Part shown: positions 60,264 to 64,000 of the stretch, piece by piece
Position numbering within the stretch: the first letter of the stretch is position 1
Layout: every line of letters begins with the position of its first letter
Assembly (NCBI RefSeq): GCF_000143415.4
Contig: NW_003314350.1
Span: forward strand, 372,001 to 436,000
Direction: 5' to 3'
Source: Selaginella moellendorffii
Taxonomy: Eukaryota; Plantae; Lycopodiophyta
DNA length: 64,000 bases
Made by a program: the position numbers and the translations under genes
Notes under the pieces: model-generated
Database searches by the model: none
What the model was told of the DNA's origin: nothing
What the model saw: only the letters and a program-made list of their open reading frames with translations

Positions 60264-63200
60264 TATATAGTCTTATATACTCGTTCATCTCCTTTAATCT
60301 CTTCTAGATTCCTGCTGCAGATTCCTATGTCCTTGACACCTTGATTTCTGCTCTAACACTCCCCCTTGATCTGATCCATCCTAGAGATCAGATCGTATCA
60401 CTTACTCCCCCTGGGTTGGTACGGCCCTAGCTTGTGGTGAACTGCTGTGTCTAGAGTTGCCTTTGTAAGCAGCTCGCACTCTAGGCATGGAGCATTGGAA
60501 CCAGTAGTGGCTCATCTTGGAGTTCCAGCAGCTCTTTCTCATCGATCCTGAGCTCCACACTCACACTCGTGATTGCACAGCATGTACTGGTATGCGATCA
60601 TGTTGTCATTGGACTCCTCAGCTCCGGTAAGTATCAAGGAATAAGCTTTTCATGCTTGACCTGAAGAGGAACCTGACAAATCGCCCTTCTCCTCAAATTC
60701 GTGCTCCATGCGCTCCCATGGGCATCGCCGCCATGATCACAATCCCATCAGTAGCAAGTGTTGAGATCTTCCTGAGAAAGTCTTTATTCTTTCCATGATG
60801 TGACTGGCGATCAACTGTGTTGTCATTCAGGGTTGTTCGCAGTTCAAAACGTAGAGTGTTTCTTTAGCTGCCCTCCATAGCAGCATTGCATGCTACACCA
60901 TAAAATCATTGCATTAGTGAATTAAAATAATATACCTGGTTGTAGATTGTTTATTGTTTATTGTCAAAGTTCAAAATCCTAGCTCGTGGACGGTAGCTAT
61001 GTTGGCCCGGATAGTCTCCCTCACCTCCGCATCCTCCATGAAAGTGTCAACGAACATGGTGATCCCTGGAGAGAGCTCTGGCATTCCATCTGGGCAACAA
61101 GCTCTCGAGCTCCACACTCCTCAGCACACAGCTCTTGCATCAGCTTGCCACTGCTGTCCTGGATCGAGTTGCTCTCCAAGAAGAACCTCGTGGTGTCCTT
61201 GTCTGAGTGCCAGAAGGAGCACTCGTTCAAATATATGACTTGAGAAACACGTTCTGGTAAAGCATCTTTTTTTTCTCCCCCTCAGAATGTAGTTTAAGAT
61301 CAATGAGAAGAAACACTTGCACTCCTTAAGAAGTTTTCAATATATTTGTGTTGTGAACACGTAGAGCCCATGTGACATTAGGAGATATTACAAACTTAAA
61401 AACTGCTTATCGGGATTTGTCATTTTCTCGCTAGACCTGTAGAGTATTTGGGAAGACTGAATACCAGATTAGTCTATTACCATGTAAAATTGTACTTTCC
61501 CTAAGTGAATTCACTATCTCCTTGGAGGCTCCAAGAGTGCTATGGAATTGTATTTTCCTCTAAGAGTGGCAAATCTACTTAGTACTAATATAATAGTATC
61601 CTGTAACCTGCCCACTTTGGTTTAGTCCCAGAAATAAGAAATACCTTGGTCTTGCATGTAAGTATAAAAGAGTAAGTGTTGTACCTGTCCGTAAATGTTA
61701 AAATTGCTACCTCCTAGATTTTAGCATTGCACGAGATGCATCTTATCATCTTCTTCTCCTTCCTACCATGCTTGTATGGTGTAAAAATTTGGAAGGAGAT
61801 TCCAATGTGAGGCCAGAATTGTATGAAATTCTGCCAAGAGACTCCATCTTTCATCTTCACAATTTCATCTTGACCATGATCATTGGTGCAGAAATCTGGA
61901 GGGAGATTCAATGTGTGGCCAGGGTTGTATGAAATTCTGCTGAGAGACAACATCTTCATCTCCAACTCCAAGACCTATTGTCAACTAGAACTCTTTGAAA
62001 TTCTTCAAGAAAGAAATGAAAGAGTGGGTCTGATCACAATGGATCAAGTTACAGTCCGCTCTGTTTAAGAAAACAAATATTGGAGTGACAGTTGAAGTTG
62101 GCTCCATAAATCATCTCCAAACATTGAAACCAAACTTGAATAATATTGAGATACCTTAGTTTTCCAGAAAGCCTTCATTGTAGCTGTATATCTGATCCTT
62201 TGGCCTTCCACAAGTAGTTGACAATGCCAAGCTGTAAGTTCAAACTATGCGAATAAAAAGATAGGAAAAAGAACCCATGCCCTCAACCATCATCAAGACA
62301 ATCTCTGTGACAATGGGTGAAGGAGACTTTGTTGTGCTGCAGCAAGACCTCAGTAACATCCACTGGTGGTGTATCTCACAATCGCATGGCAAACTCGCCA
62401 TTTTCGTCAATATCTGCACCTCTGCAAGGCGAGACAGACTCTCGGGACTAAGATATATCCCCACACCATGGGTCCAAAACCATGCTTGATGACATCGTTT
62501 CGAGAACACCCGTACCAAGCCTGCTGCAAATTTGCATCCCCGCCTCACACCTTGGTCGTGAGATCGCTGAGCATCTCAAATGCTTCTCGGCGAGCCTGAC
62601 TGCCAGGACAGTCATAAAGAACTTTTTACACCAAAGTAACAGGCCACCGCCGAGAGTCACCCTAGCCCCGCTAGAAACGCTGCTTTGACGTCGACGAGTT
62701 TTGGATCGCCAGCCTTGAGCTTCGCGAGCCTGCCACCGCTGGAACCCACAAGATTGGAGAGCTTGTTGCGGCTAGAAGTCACGTCTTCCACTTCACCACC
62801 CTCATGGAACAAGCCCCGGCCGTGTCGATGGTAAAGCTCGAGCTTCCTTGCAGTGCACTCAAGGAAGCCTTTCCACCGCCAAGGAGCTTCTCCACATCGT
62901 CGAGCAATCCAGGGCCCTCAATGGCTGGATCGGGCTAAAAAAACTCTCCAGCAACCGATTGAGTTCCTGTATCCAGTCCCGGTGTATGCACAAAGAACAC
63001 TGCCAGATGACAGCTCGCAAAGAAAGTCTCCGCGATTTCCCTGCGCAGTAGGTCTCGCACAGAGCAGCACTAATTTCCACGGGGAAATCCTTCTGAATCC
63101 CTGCTGTGTATGAAATCTGCTGGTTGCTAAGTGGACTCCTTCATGGCCCTCTAGGGACACTATCGCCTGGACTCCGGGTATGTCCACTGCAAGGCTGCTT

Positions 63201-63499
63201 TTGCTGCGATAGTCACCTTCGGATGCCTGTTAGTGCCCATCATATCACTGCCACCGTTGCTAAGTGTCAATCTCGACGGTGCCTCCAGAACAAGATCAAC
63301 TTGATCGGACCCGCTTGCTCCACCAAATTCTGTTCAGCCTTATCCTGAACATGCCTCATGTTCAAGCTCTTGACTGCTGAGCATCGGACTTGCATGCAAA
63401 TCCAGTCAAGATTGGAAACACTGCTTGCCTGACCCTATCACTGTTCCATGCAGCTTGCTGCCGCATATCAAAAAACCTCTACAGAGATAGAGTGCGGGG

Positions 63500-63717
63500 G
63501 GCTGCCAACGCAGTAGGGATCAGAAAGTGCGTGGTGGTGGACCTCTGGGGCATTGGCAATAACAGGAAACTCGGAATATTCCTTGTCCAAGAGGCTCTAG
63601 GTGACGTGATGAGCCACATTGCTAAAGTCCCTGTACCGCAATCTTTGATGATGATCTCTGGGGATAGTCGCCAAGGATCCAGCTCCTTGACAGGATCCTC
63701 TCCGTTGGCGGCACACC
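63500..63717. pseudogene. Rearranged 3' continuation of copy B
   Basis: 63677-63717 (minus) continues copy B past the TSD (NGEDPVKELD); 63500-63676 (plus) encodes AVGIRKCVVVDLWGIG..PQSLMMISGD. Confidence 0.65.
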
Positions 63718-64000
63718 TGTTGGAGCAGGAATCAAGGTGTCAAGGACACAGGAATCTGCAGCAAAAATCTAGGAGAGATTAAAGGAGATGAACTAGTATA
63801 TAAGACTGTATACAACAAGCATTCAACAGTAGCTTTTCCCGTTCCATCATGGTATCAGAGACTATTCTGTTCAGCTCTATTCGGGCAGTGGGCTTGATCC
63901 AGTTCACTCGAGCAACGTAATGCAGATCATGAGAGCCATCACAGGTGAAGCTCTGCCTCAGTAGGGCTTCTTCGTATTCTTACTGCTGAATGCGATGTAG
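63718..64000 (+). mobile_element. 5' LTR (63718-63849, 132 bp) and PBS of the same copia-like element
   Basis: TGTTGG...CCATCA, about 10 mismatches versus the reconstructed 3' LTR; tRNA-iMet PBS TGGTATCAGAG at 63850-63860; preceded by ACACC. Confidence 0.88.

Larger units (their letters stand above)
57984..60600 (-). mobile_element. 3' part of a short-LTR Ty1/copia-like element: 3' LTR 57984-60358 (split by the hAT), PPT 60359-60367, decayed RNase H-like end
   Basis: LTR TGTTAG...CCATCA; PPT AAGGGGGAG; ELLTKA remnant; TSD GGTGT at 57979-57983. The inner boundary is approximate. Confidence 0.85.

Overview
Compact, gene-dense land-plant nuclear DNA. Introns are mostly 55-130 nt and intergenic gaps are tiny. 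This, together with a PLS-class PPR gene carrying a WW-type DYW domain, best fits a lycophyte such as Selaginella (inference, not a database result). Conserved genes: TBL acetyltransferase, TOM1/TOM3-like, class III peroxidase, ATG27/M6PR-like membrane protein, tRNA-Ala(AGC), PPD1, GH43, PPR-DYW, makorin, aldo-keto reductase (frameshifted), MORN protein, AHL, HRQ1 helicase, GT4 glycosyltransferase, HMG-CoA reductase, a VQ protein and a hidden three-exon 91-aa membrane microprotein. These are interleaved with accessory blocks: a stand-alone STAND-like ATPase, an extremely AT-rich secreted orphan-domain/bulb-lectin chimera, two decayed Crinkler-like (NTPase; REase plus kinase) relics, and PPR, makorin and cysteine-protease fragments. 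The right end records a nested rearrangement. An inverted gene duplication was hit by a short-LTR copia element, a hAT element later inserted in one LTR, and an inversion left the two LTRs (matching TSD ACACC) facing opposite ways.
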